Assembly (NCBI GenBank): GCA_963819115.1
Contig: CAWFUR010000012.1
Span: 163,706-227,705 of the forward strand
Direction: 5' to 3'
Source: an uncultured Thermoleophilaceae bacterium
Lineage (GTDB): Bacteria; Actinomycetota; Thermoleophilia; Solirubrobacterales; Thermoleophilaceae
Length of the DNA stretch: 64,000 nucleotides
Shown: piece by piece, positions 19,861 through 28,362 of the stretch
Position numbering within the stretch: the first letter of the stretch is position 1
How the letters are laid out: every line of letters starts with the position of its first letter
Made by a program: the position numbers and the translations under genes
The notes under the pieces: model-generated
The model's input: the letters and a program-made list of their open reading frames with translations, nothing else
What the model was told of the DNA's origin: nothing
Databases searched by the model: none

Positions 19861-20802
19861 TCAGGCGCTCGGGCAGGGCCTGGGCTTCGAGCTGCCGGGC
19901 AGCAGGCAGGCGTCGAAGCGCGTCGGCCTGTGCCCGCGCCGCAGGCGGAAGCGCGTGTACTTGCCGATCGTCCCGCGCTCGGTCACGAACAGCTCGATCA
20001 CGGCGCCCGAGCGGAGGCGGTGCTCAAGACGGCGAAAGCGCACGACGCCCTTATCCGGCGCCACGGTCTTGCGCCGGTACGGGCAGGCTCGGCCGCGGCA
20101 GGAGAGCCGGACCTTCGCGCCGTCGGGCGCACGAACCGCCAGCCGGTCGACCCGCAGCGCCGTCCGGCCGAAGCTCACGCTCAGCCGCACCACGGGAAAC
20201 GGGCTGAGCAGCTCGACCGGAGGTGTGCCGACCGCGATCACGCGCCGCGTCACGGCGGCCGCGCCGTCGCGGTCCACCACCCGCAGCCCCACCGTGTGGG
20301 GGCCGGCCCGGCCGAACTCGATGCCCGCCACCACGTTCCCCCCGTCGTCGTACTGACCGTCGCCGTCGATGTCCCATGCCTGGGCCGCGATCGGCCCGTC
20401 GGGGTCCAACGAGGTGGACGTGAGCATCACCGTGTCGCGGACCATCGGTGCCAGCGGCGCGAAGGAGAACGACGCCACCGGAGGGCGGTTGCGGATCACG
20501 ATCGTCTGCTTCTGGAGGGAGGCGTCGCCGTTCACGCAGAGCGTCACGCCGTAACGACCGGCGGTGGCGAACGCACGCGCGGCGCTCGCGCCCGTCGCGT
20601 CGTCGCAGGCGCCGTTCCCGTCGAGGTCCCACGCGAGGCTCGTGATCATGCCCGTCGCGGTGGAGGTGAACCTCACCACCTGGCCGGAGAGCGGCGACGC
20701 GGGGGAGAAGCTGAACGAGGCCGCCGGCACCTGGGCCTGGACGGGCGCGGAGAGAAGCACCGCGGCGGAGGCCAGCGCGGCGAGCGCGAGCGCACCGCGC
20801 AC
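19861..20802 (-). CDS. secreted PKD-domain protein with Arg-rich C-terminal domain
   Basis: Signal peptide. Two PKD-like repeats (FSFSP...WDLDGNGACDD and FSFAP...WDIDGDGQYDD). The basic C-terminus ends FDACLLPG. Confidence 0.75.
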   Translation of the reverse strand: MRGALALAALASAAVLLSAPVQAQVPAASFSFSPASPLSGQVVRFTSTATGMITSLAWDLDGNGACDDATGASAARAFATAGRYGVTLCVNGDASLQKQTIVIRNRPPVASFSFAPLAPMVRDTVMLTSTSLDPDGPIAAQAWDIDGDGQYDDGGNVVAGIEFGRAGPHTVGLRVVDRDGAAAVTRRVIAVGTPPVELLSPFPVVRLSVSFGRTALRVDRLAVRAPDGAKVRLSCRGRACPYRRKTVAPDKGVVRFRRLEHRLRSGAVIELFVTERGTIGKYTRFRLRRGHRPTRFDACLLPGSSKPRPCPSA

Positions 20803-20936
20803 CTCAGCGACATCCTTGCGTAACGAGCAACCGACCTCCGGCGACGATCAGTCGCCGAAGCTACCACTCCCGGTTGGACCAGGCTGGGCGAGGAGCGCAG
20901 CCCGATCGTCGATCGGGCGAGCACCGCAGCCAGTTA

Positions 20937-22082
20937 TTACTTGGGTGTGACCTTGAGGATCTTGTCCGTGTTGCCACCGTTGTCGGTGGTGATGTACAGG
21001 TTGCCGTCCGGTCCCTGGACGGGAGAGCGGAGGCGCCCGTAACCACGGAGCGTGGTGGTGATCTCGGCCACATTGCCCTGTGCGTTCAGCTTGAAGAGGA
21101 GGAGTCGGCTGCCCTTCAGGAGGCCCACGGCGAGCAGGCCGTTCCACGAGCCCCAGCGCGTGCCGTTGATGAAGGTGGCGCCCGACGGGGCGACGGTCGG
21201 GAGACCCGAGGACCACAGCGCGCGGATGGCCCCGGGGAACTTCTGGAGGTCGGTCATCGGGACGCCCTCGTTGTAGCCGGGGCCCGAGGGTGACACCGGA
21301 TCCCAGCCGAACTGCCCGGCCACGAGCCGGTTGAGCTCGTCGTCCCGGTCCGTACCGTGCTCGGTCTGGAAGCCCATGCCGTCGCTCGCGCGGAACGCGA
21401 TCGATTGAACGTTGCGGTGTCCGTAGGAGAAGATGCGCGGGTCATAGATGCCATTTGGGTTGCCCGGCGCGCCGGTGCCGTCCTTGTTGATGTGCAGAAC
21501 CTTGCCGCCGAGCGAGCGCGGGTTCTGCGGGACGGTGGCGGTGGCCGAGTCGCCCGTGCCCACCCAGAGGCGACCGTCCGGTCCGAAGCGCGGCCGGCAG
21601 CCGGAGTGACGCCCGAGCTCCCCGGCGATGTTCACGGGCGCGCCGGTGAAGATGTTGGTGCGATTGGTGAGCGTGGTGAAGCCCGGATCGACCGTCCAGC
21701 GGACGAGGCGCACGTCGTTGCTGGGCCCGCCGAGCGTGGAGGCCAGGCACACGTAGATGTAGTGGTTGGTGGCGAACGCGGGATCGACCGCGAGTCCCAT
21801 CATTCCGGCCTCCGAGGCGCTCACCACGTCGGCGGGAGCGCCGAGCAGGCGCTTCTGCCCGTTGATGAAGGCGGAGATCCTCCCGGCGCGCTCGGTGTAG
21901 ATCATCGTGTTGCCGGCGAAGCCCACGTCCCACGGATGGTCGACGCCAGTCACCGCCGCGGTGACGGTCACCTGCGGCGGGATCACGCAGCCCGAGAGGG
22001 CGACGATGGCGCAGCAGGCAATCGCAAGGCTCGCGATCACCCCAGCCCGACGGCGGCGGGTCGGTCCTTCCATGGGGCGCAT
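20937..22082 (-). CDS. PQQ-dependent sugar dehydrogenase (sorbosone/glucose dehydrogenase-B-like) lipoprotein
   Basis: ALSGC lipobox, SYGHRNVQS and RFGPDGRLWVGTGD blocks. The start is uncertain (22082 or 22073). Confidence 0.8.
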   Translation of the reverse strand: MRPMEGPTRRRRAGVIASLAIACCAIVALSGCVIPPQVTVTAAVTGVDHPWDVGFAGNTMIYTERAGRISAFINGQKRLLGAPADVVSASEAGMMGLAVDPAFATNHYIYVCLASTLGGPSNDVRLVRWTVDPGFTTLTNRTNIFTGAPVNIAGELGRHSGCRPRFGPDGRLWVGTGDSATATVPQNPRSLGGKVLHINKDGTGAPGNPNGIYDPRIFSYGHRNVQSIAFRASDGMGFQTEHGTDRDDELNRLVAGQFGWDPVSPSGPGYNEGVPMTDLQKFPGAIRALWSSGLPTVAPSGATFINGTRWGSWNGLLAVGLLKGSRLLLFKLNAQGNVAEITTTLRGYGRLRSPVQGPDGNLYITTDNGGNTDKILKVTPK

Positions 22083-22296
22083 CCAGTAAGGAATACCCGT
22101 TCTTGGGCCCAAAAAACAGACGTAACTCGCCGTATTGGCCATTTAGTGGCCCCCTCGGCACCTCGCGCGGGGTAAAGCGGAGGAGACCCTGGGCACGGCG
22201 TCGTCAATGCACGGGTTACCCGCTCCCTCGGCCGGGGGTGGCGGCGCGGAAGGCCGCCCGCGCCGGACACGCCGACTGGCTACCCTCTCCCGGCGA

Positions 22297-22370
<74 letters not shown>

Positions 22371-22661
22371 CTCTAGGGATGCCGCTGTCTGAGCTGCTCC
22401 CCCGCTCTGGAGAGCAAATTCGTTTGCGCGCCCTCGGTATCCCCAGCCCGCTGGAATCCGCTGGGCTCCGCTGTTCTGGGTCGCTAACCTCCCCCATCTC
22501 CTCCCCACCGGGACCCAGGCTGAGGGCCGACCAAAGAAGCAAGCCCGCTTGCGCGGCTGGCCGCTTGCTCGGTGGCTGTCGAGATGACTTCTCCCCCGCT
22601 GTCGGCGGGGGTCCCAGCCCTCGGGACGGACGGTCTTACGCGCTCCCGCTAGGCCCGAGCT

Positions 22662-22995
22662 CTCAAGCGGGCGGGGTACGCGGCTGAGATCGAGCGCCTC
22701 GACCAGCGGCGCTGCGAATCGGATCTTCCAGTTGGTTAGGAAGCCCCGGAGCTGTTCCTCGATGGCCCGGGTTCGATGCGCGGGCTGCTTCTGGTACGTG
22801 CGAAACGCTCCCAGCTTCCCATGCGCAGCCAGGATCTCCTCCACGACGGGAGCACCCAGGTTCGGATCAGCTCGTCCTCCAGGTCCGCCTCGCAGACGTA
22901 GAAGCCAAGTCGTTCCATGGCGGCACGGTCGAGGTCGAAACCGAGGCCGGCGCGCTCTAGTGCACGCCGAAGCGTGTCCTCTTCTCCCGCGTCGC
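22662..22995 (-). pseudogene. TOPRIM/OLD-family nuclease C-terminal relic (frameshifted)
   Basis: Two minus frames read LGFYVCEADLEDELIR and then DPNLGAPVVEEILAAHGKLGAFRTYQKQPAHRTRAIEEQLRGFL..KIRFAAPLVEALDLSRVPRPLE. The frame switch is near 22860-22870. The N-terminal ATPase is absent. Confidence 0.5.
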
Positions 22996-23026
22996 ACAGG
23001 CCGGCGTCCGCCGGCTGGGGTGGATC

Positions 23027-23359
23027 ATGCGCATCCTGGCGGCGCTCGGCCGCTCGGCCCGGATGTCCCCCGCCCAGTCTGCGGACGTGGTGATCGAGAT
23101 GGACGCCGTGAACGGCGAACTCGGACCCGACTTCGCCGCGCTGGAATGCCCGACCGTGTTCGTGGTTGGCACCGGAGCCCATTCGGGCGCCACCGAGGAC
23201 GAGATGCGCACGGTGCGCGCTGCCGTCGCCGACGCCGAGGAGCGCAACAAGCGCATATCCGTGTTCGCGACGACGCCCCACAAGCACACGCAGATCCTCA
23301 GCAAGGCCCCCGACACCGTGGTCGCCGCGATCGAGGACGTAGTCCACGGGTCTCGCTGA
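23027..23359 (+). CDS. hypothetical 110-aa ORF, possibly a C-terminal alpha/beta-hydrolase fragment
   Basis: The pattern ECPTVFVVGTGAHSG...ATTPHKHTQILSKAPDTVVAAIEDVV resembles the last strand/His block of alpha/beta hydrolases. It lies within the relic-rich stretch. Confidence 0.3.
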   Translation: MRILAALGRSARMSPAQSADVVIEMDAVNGELGPDFAALECPTVFVVGTGAHSGATEDEMRTVRAAVADAEERNKRISVFATTPHKHTQILSKAPDTVVAAIEDVVHGSR

Positions 23360-23898
23360 CCAGCGTTCGACCGCTCGACGCATCGTCCTCTTCGCCGACC
23401 TCGTGCGCCTCGAGATCGAGCTGTTGGACGCTGTCGAGGCGCGGCTGCGCGGCGCGCTGGCGGGGGGCTGGAGCAACGAGAGCGGGCGACGCCCAGCAGG
23501 AGCCCGGGGCCGACGCCAGCCCCCCTGAGTCGAGGGTCTGGGTCGGGCGCCTCGTAATCGAGGATGCTCTCTCCTCCGGCGAGGTGGCCTTTGACGGCTC
23601 AGCCGAGCTCGCTGGCAGCCTCCCGCGATGGATCGGGGTTCCTTCTCGCGCACGCGAGTGCGAGGACGGGCCCACCCGTTTTGGGTCTCGCCGGGTTGGA
23701 AGACCGCTGAGGCTCGACCCGAGACACGCGGTCCGGCCGAGTACGGGGAACCTCGTCCGCCCGCCAATGGTCGTGCTCCTTCGCACTTCTTCGCTATCGG
23801 GGCGACTCATTCGAATGTCGCTCGCAAGCTGAATCCGAGCGATTCCTACGGAGAATCCTCCGTATTCGACGCGTCGATTCAGATCAGGATGCACGAGG

Positions 23899-23920
23899 GG
23901 GGGCCGGCGTGCCGGCCCCC
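23899..23920 (-). terminator. GC-rich hairpin downstream of the BNR-protein gene
   Basis: The arms gggggccggc and gccggccccc are inverted repeats, about 38 nt past the stop at 23958. There is no U-tract. Confidence 0.35.
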
Positions 23921-23957
23921 GCCCCCGCGATCCGTTCCCGGGAAGCTGACCCCGGGC

Positions 23958-25499
23958 TCAGCCGAGCGGGCAGGCGTAGAACGCCTTGCTCAGCTTGACC
24001 TTGCTCTGCTTGGCCCCGATCTTCAGGAAGACCGTCGCCTTGATCGTGTACTTCTTGCCGAGCGTCGCCCCCTTGAGCTTGAAGGTCGTGCCGTAGGCCG
24101 GCTTCTTGTCGACCTTCTTCTGCTTGCCGAGCTGGAACAGGACCTTGCTCACCACGACATTGCCCGTCTTGTGCTTGAGCTTGGTGAGCTTGACCTTGAC
24201 CTTCTTGGTCTTGCAGCTCGGGATCGTGACCTGGACCGAGGTCTTCTTCTTGCCCACCTTCTTCGACGCCTTGCCGCCGGCGGGCAGGCAGTTCGGCCAC
24301 TTGCACTTGTCCTTCTTGCTGACCTTCGACTTCGGTCCGGTGTAGGGCTCGAGCGGGGTTGCCTCGAGCTCGCTCGCGGCTCCCGTCGGGCCGCGGCGGG
24401 TGTCCCAGGCGGCGAAGCCCTGGCCGCTCGGGGCGGCCGCGACGTTGAGCTCCGGGTAGATGTCGCCGCTGATGTCGATCGTCACCGTCGGCCCCCAGTG
24501 CGCGCCGTCCTTCGATGTGCGCCACTGGAGCAGGTCGGGCCCGTTGGCCACCCAGACCGCGTGCAGCCGCCCCGAGCCGTCCTGATAAAGGTCCCCGAAG
24601 ATCGGGGTCCGCTTCTCACTCACGCCCCTCGGCGCGCCGAACCCGGTTCCGGTGAACTTGCGCACGACGTACTGCTGCGCGCCCGGTGCTCCGCGCTTGT
24701 ACATCAGGTACAGACCGCCGGGACCGCCCGCCAGCGTGACGTCGTCGCCGAGCGCGCTGACGTTCGACTCGACGAGGGCGCGGGGGGTCCAGTTGGCCTG
24801 GTCGTTGAGGCTCCCGGAGCCTCCGTACGCGCGCCACCAGAGGCTCTGGTTGCTCGCCTGGTCGGCGAACGCGACGACCGGCCTCGAGCCGTCCAGCCCG
24901 ACCGTGCCGTCGCTCGTCGAGCTGGTCTCGTAGAGCCGCGCGAAGCCGTTCTCGATGCCGCCGCCGAGCGGCGCGTTGGTGAAGAACATCCCCGCCGTGG
25001 CGCTCGCATTGACGTACGAGACCGAGTCGCCGGGGCCGTGGACCGCGTCGCCGGTCGAGTCCGGACCCGTAAGCGATCCCGATCCCTCGGGGTCGGCGAT
25101 CGCCTGCACCGAGCCGAAGCTCACACCTCCGTTAGTCGAGCGGCGGGCGAAGGTGCAGAAGTCGGCGACGCCGCACTGATCCTCGCCGAGCAACACGACC
25201 ACCTGTCCGCCTCCCGGCAGCAAGACGTGCGGGCGCGCGCCCGCGGTGCCCGTGTAGAGCGCCTGGTTCCCCTCGCACCCGCGCTTGCCGTGCGGGATGC
25301 GACAGTAATAGACGAGCTCCTGCCCCGCGGGTGGCGAGATGTCCTTCCAGACGACGTGCGCCGTCCCGGAGTCGTCGACGGCGATGTCCGGCTCGCTGCC
25401 CATGCCGAACTGGAACGGCGTCGACGCCTGGGCGGCAGGGGCGGCGGCCAGCCAGATTGCGACCAGGGCGATGCTGATTAGCTTGCGCTTCGCGTTCAT
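23958..25499 (-). CDS. secreted BNR/Asp-box repeat protein with Lys-rich C-terminal domain
   Basis: Signal peptide MNAKRKLISIALVAIWLAAAPAAQA from ATG 25499. Asp-box-like RSTNGGVSF and TSKDGAHWG. The last ~125 aa are very Lys-rich. Confidence 0.75.
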   Translation of the reverse strand: MNAKRKLISIALVAIWLAAAPAAQASTPFQFGMGSEPDIAVDDSGTAHVVWKDISPPAGQELVYYCRIPHGKRGCEGNQALYTGTAGARPHVLLPGGGQVVVLLGEDQCGVADFCTFARRSTNGGVSFGSVQAIADPEGSGSLTGPDSTGDAVHGPGDSVSYVNASATAGMFFTNAPLGGGIENGFARLYETSSTSDGTVGLDGSRPVVAFADQASNQSLWWRAYGGSGSLNDQANWTPRALVESNVSALGDDVTLAGGPGGLYLMYKRGAPGAQQYVVRKFTGTGFGAPRGVSEKRTPIFGDLYQDGSGRLHAVWVANGPDLLQWRTSKDGAHWGPTVTIDISGDIYPELNVAAAPSGQGFAAWDTRRGPTGAASELEATPLEPYTGPKSKVSKKDKCKWPNCLPAGGKASKKVGKKKTSVQVTIPSCKTKKVKVKLTKLKHKTGNVVVSKVLFQLGKQKKVDKKPAYGTTFKLKGATLGKKYTIKATVFLKIGAKQSKVKLSKAFYACPLG

Positions 25500-25564
25500 G
25501 AGGCTCCTTCCGATGCTCGGGACTCCGTGCCCCGCGCAGATCAGTGGTTTCAGAGTTGGAGGGG

Positions 25565-25876
25565 TCAGTCGGCGATGCATCCGACCCTGCCGATTCCCCG
25601 CAGCTGCCCGCCGAGGCTCGCACGAACGATCTTGAGGCGCCCGCTGCAAGGGCCCTGTCGGACCCGGCAGACCCAGCCGACCCTGCGCCGGCAGGAGACC
25701 CGCCATTCGGACGGATCGACATGGAACGGAAGTCCCGACATCTCGAGGTACTCGCTCGCGGACCAGGCGGCCGTTCGAGCCGCCTGCTTCTTCGTGATCG
25801 CAGCCGCCGCGCCCGCCGGTATGGCGGCGAGCGACACGGCGATCGTGATCAGCGCTGTGAGCCAGATTCGAGTCAT
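25565..25876 (-). CDS. small secreted/membrane-anchored hypothetical protein (103 aa)
   Basis: ATG 25876 is preceded by a GGAGGAGGAGG RBS. Hydrophobic N-terminus MTRIWLTALITIAVSLAAIPAGA, followed by four Cys. Confidence 0.55.
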   Translation of the reverse strand: MTRIWLTALITIAVSLAAIPAGAAAAITKKQAARTAAWSASEYLEMSGLPFHVDPSEWRVSCRRRVGWVCRVRQGPCSGRLKIVRASLGGQLRGIGRVGCIAD

Positions 25877-26013
25877 GTGCTCCTCCTCCTCGTCGGTCGA
25901 ATTTCCCACGGAGGACGGAGCAGGCCAAGGCAGTATTACGGGTGGGCGTAAGAAGTTCTGCCGAACACCTGTCCACCCCCCGATGGACGACGTCAGCAGA
26001 CGGGAGTACCGTG

Positions 26014-26535
26014 ATGGACCGCATGGGCGTGGACACCCGCGTCGCCCCGGACTCGGCGGCTGGCGGCGGCGAGGAGGCGCTGGCACGGCGAGCCGCCTCC
26101 GGGGAGATCGAGGCCTTTTCGATCCTGTACGAGCGCTATGAGCACCGGCTCTACGGGCTCTGCCGGCGAATCACGGGCTCGCCCGATGACGCCGCGGACG
26201 CGACACAGGACGCCTTCGTCAGGCTGCTCGAGAAGCTGCCGCGCGGGGAGGGCGAGGTGCGCAACTTCGCGTCCTACGCGCTGACCGTTGCGCGCCACGC
26301 GAGCTACGATCTGCTCGCCAAACGCCGCGCCGATCCGGTCGAGGAGTTGCCAGAGCCGGCTCGCCGCGACCCGGTCGCGCCGGAACAGGACCCCGAGCGC
26401 TCGGCGCTGCTCGCCGCCGCGCGGAGCGGCGTGGAGGCCGCCAACCGGCGGCTCGAGCCGCGCCACCGCGAGGTGCTGGCGCTGCGGGAGGCCGAGGAGT
26501 CTCCTACGACGAGATCGCCGAAGCCATGGGGATGA
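26014..26535 (+). pseudogene. ECF-type sigma-70 factor, region 4 interrupted by a -1 frameshift near 26498-26501
   Basis: Region 2 reads FSILYERYEHRLYGLCRRITGSPDDAADATQDAFVRL. It then reads REVLALREAEE and goes out of frame. The expected LSYDEIAEAMGMNRNSV continues in the next frame. Confidence 0.75.
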
Positions 26536-27350
26536 ACCGCAACTCGGTCGCCCAGCTCATCCTGCGTGCCCGCACCGCGCTGTGGCGCGAACTGCGACGC
26601 AGCGCCGTGGCCTCGATCGCGCCCGCCACGCCGGACTGCGAGCGCGCGCTGCCGCTGGTCTGCGCGAGCCATGACGGAGAGCGGATGCCGGCTGGGCAGC
26701 AGGACTGGCTGCGCTCTCATCTCGACAGCTGCGCTCGTTGCCGCCTGGCCGGCGAGGAGCTCGCGGACGTAGGACGCAGCTACCGCTCCTGGGCTCCGCT
26801 GCCCGCCGCCGGCCTCCAGGCCGCGGTGCTCGGCCGCATCTCCGACGCATTCGGCTTCGGCTGGCCCGTCGCCTCCGGCACGGGCGGTTCCGGCACGGGA
26901 GCCTCCACGCTGTCGGGCGGTTCGCCCTCAGCCGGCAAGCTCGGCGGCGCGCTCGCCGCCCACAAGGGCGTCCTCGCGACCTTGGTGGCGGCTGCCGCTC
27001 TCACGGGCATCGGCGCGGCGGTCGTGGCCGGGCGTGAGGATGAGTCCGGTCGCGCGGTCGCCGAGCCGGACTCGACGGCCGGTCCCAGCCCGCCCCGCCA
27101 GGCGCGTGAGCGGCCCGAGCGCGAGCCGAAGCAGGCGGCCGAGCGCCACCGGGCGCTTCAGCGCAAACGGGCACAGGCGCGCCGCCGGGCAAGCAGGCGC
27201 GCCGCCGCCCGGCAGCCCGCGGCACCCGATCCCGTGCCCCAATCCTCCCCGGTCCCGACTCCAGCTCCCGCCGAGCGGGCCGCGACCTCACCAACGCCCC
27301 CCGCCCCCACACCGCAGATAGCGCCGGAGCTCGAAGTCGACCCCGAGTAG
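26526..27350 (+). CDS. sigma region 4.2 remainder fused to zf-HC2 anti-sigma-like domain, TM segment and Pro-rich tail
   Basis: MGMNRNSVAQLILRARTAL (the HTH of region 4.2) is followed by HLDSCARC (H-x3-C-x2-C), a hydrophobic helix LATLVAAAALTGIGAAVVA and a Pro/Arg-rich C-terminus. Confidence 0.65.
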   Translation: MGMNRNSVAQLILRARTALWRELRRSAVASIAPATPDCERALPLVCASHDGERMPAGQQDWLRSHLDSCARCRLAGEELADVGRSYRSWAPLPAAGLQAAVLGRISDAFGFGWPVASGTGGSGTGASTLSGGSPSAGKLGGALAAHKGVLATLVAAAALTGIGAAVVAGREDESGRAVAEPDSTAGPSPPRQARERPEREPKQAAERHRALQRKRAQARRRASRRAAARQPAAPDPVPQSSPVPTPAPAERAATSPTPPAPTPQIAPELEVDPE

Positions 27351-27499
27351 CGCCGGTAGGCTGCCGACGCGCTCGGGCAGACGACGCCGCGGTCCAGACA
27401 CAGCGCGCGAGCGGCGGCGTTCGCGATGCTTCGCGCTCGTTCGCGGTCCTTCGCGGCGACTGGATTGAACCAGCGACCTTTCGGCCCCCAGACCGGGTG

Positions 27500-27517
27500 G
27501 CATCATGATGCTAAGAT
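27500..27517 (+). promoter_or_regulatory. 12-bp perfect palindrome GCATCATGATGC overlapping an extended -10 (TGcTAAGAT) of the antitoxin gene
   Basis: The palindrome spans 27500-27511 and TAAGAT spans 27512-27517. The ATG at 27524 is about 7 nt downstream, which suggests a leaderless transcript. Confidence 0.45.
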
Positions 27518-27523
27518 GCCTTT

Positions 27524-27769
27524 ATGCCGAAGGTCCGGACGACTCTGACGATCGACGACGAGGTCCTGCGTGCTGTCAAGCACAGGGCGGCCCGAGGCGG
27601 CAAGCGCGAGAGCGAGGTGATCGAGGAGGCCTTGCGCCGAGACCTCGGCATCAATTTGCTCGACGAACTCTGGTCGCGCGGCCGGATGGGCGAGAAGGAA
27701 GCCTCGGCTCTGGCGGTGGAGGCGCAGCACGAGACACGGCCGGCCAGTTCTTGCCTCAAGCGTCGCTGA
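27524..27769 (+). CDS. ribbon-helix-helix antitoxin (VapB/CopG-like)
   Basis: MPKVRTTLTIDDEVLRAVKHRAARGGKRESEVIEEALRR is a classic RHH N-terminus. It sits 3 nt upstream of the PIN gene. Confidence 0.8.
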   Translation: MPKVRTTLTIDDEVLRAVKHRAARGGKRESEVIEEALRRDLGINLLDELWSRGRMGEKEASALAVEAQHETRPASSCLKRR

Positions 27770-27772
27770 GGC

Positions 27773-28183
27773 GTGCGAGCGGTCCTCGATCCGAACGTCC
27801 TCATCTCGGCCCTTCTCACCCGTGACGGAACGCCGGCCAAGGTGCTTCGTGCCTGGCTCGAGGGCCGGTTCGATCTGATCGTCTCCCCGCTCCTGCTCGA
27901 GGAGCTGGAGCGAGCTCTCGCCTACCCGAAGCTCGCCGAGCGGATCCCGGCCCCTGAGTCCGCAGCGCTGGTTGACTGGCTTGGGCGCGAGGCAGTACTG
28001 GTTGACGATCCGTCGGATCCGCCGAGCTCGCATTCGGTTGATCCGGGTGACGACTACCTGCTCGCCCTCGCTGAAAACGAAGGCGCTGCGCTCGTCTCCG
28101 GCGACAGGCACCTGCTCGCACTGAGCGCGGCGGTGCCGGTGCTGACGGTGCGAGAGTTCCTGGTCATCGTCGGCGGCAGTTGA
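27773..28183 (+). CDS. PIN-domain toxin (TIGR00305-like)
   Basis: GTG start. AVLDPNVLISALL (first acidic residue), LLEELERAL and LVSGDRHLLAL blocks. Confidence 0.8.
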   Translation: MRAVLDPNVLISALLTRDGTPAKVLRAWLEGRFDLIVSPLLLEELERALAYPKLAERIPAPESAALVDWLGREAVLVDDPSDPPSSHSVDPGDDYLLALAENEGAALVSGDRHLLALSAAVPVLTVREFLVIVGGS

Positions 28184-28185
28184 GA

Positions 28186-28278
28186 AGCCCGAGTCAGCGT
28201 CCACCCCTCCTCCACAACCCGCCCGACCAACAAACGCCGCTTCTTCAGGCTGAGAGCCGCGTTAGCGTGCAACTTCAT
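28186..28278 (-). mobile_element. IS481-family transposase N-terminal relic (about 31 codons)
   Basis: MKLHANAALSLKKRRLLVGRVVEEGWTLT matches the conserved IS481 N-terminal HTH leader. The similarity ends where the PIN gene 3' end begins. Confidence 0.6.
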
Positions 28279-28362
28279 CCGGTGTCCTCCTTGGGACTGG
28301 TGCCTAGACAGCTCCCAGCCTCCAAGGGGGCCCGGATGAACCAACCTCCTCAGGAACTACAC

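Noticed and set aside
27453-27495. tRNA-like T-arm/acceptor fragment on the minus strand (GGTCGCTGGTTCAATCCAGTCGCCGCGA, preceded by a CTGGGGG loop reminiscent of a Pro-GGG anticodon loop). It could be a second decayed att remnant.
   Set aside because: The T-loop is one nucleotide short, the anticodon stem does not pair, and there is no 5' half and no matching repeat elsewhere in the window. This is too weak to call. It may still be worth a covariance-model scan.
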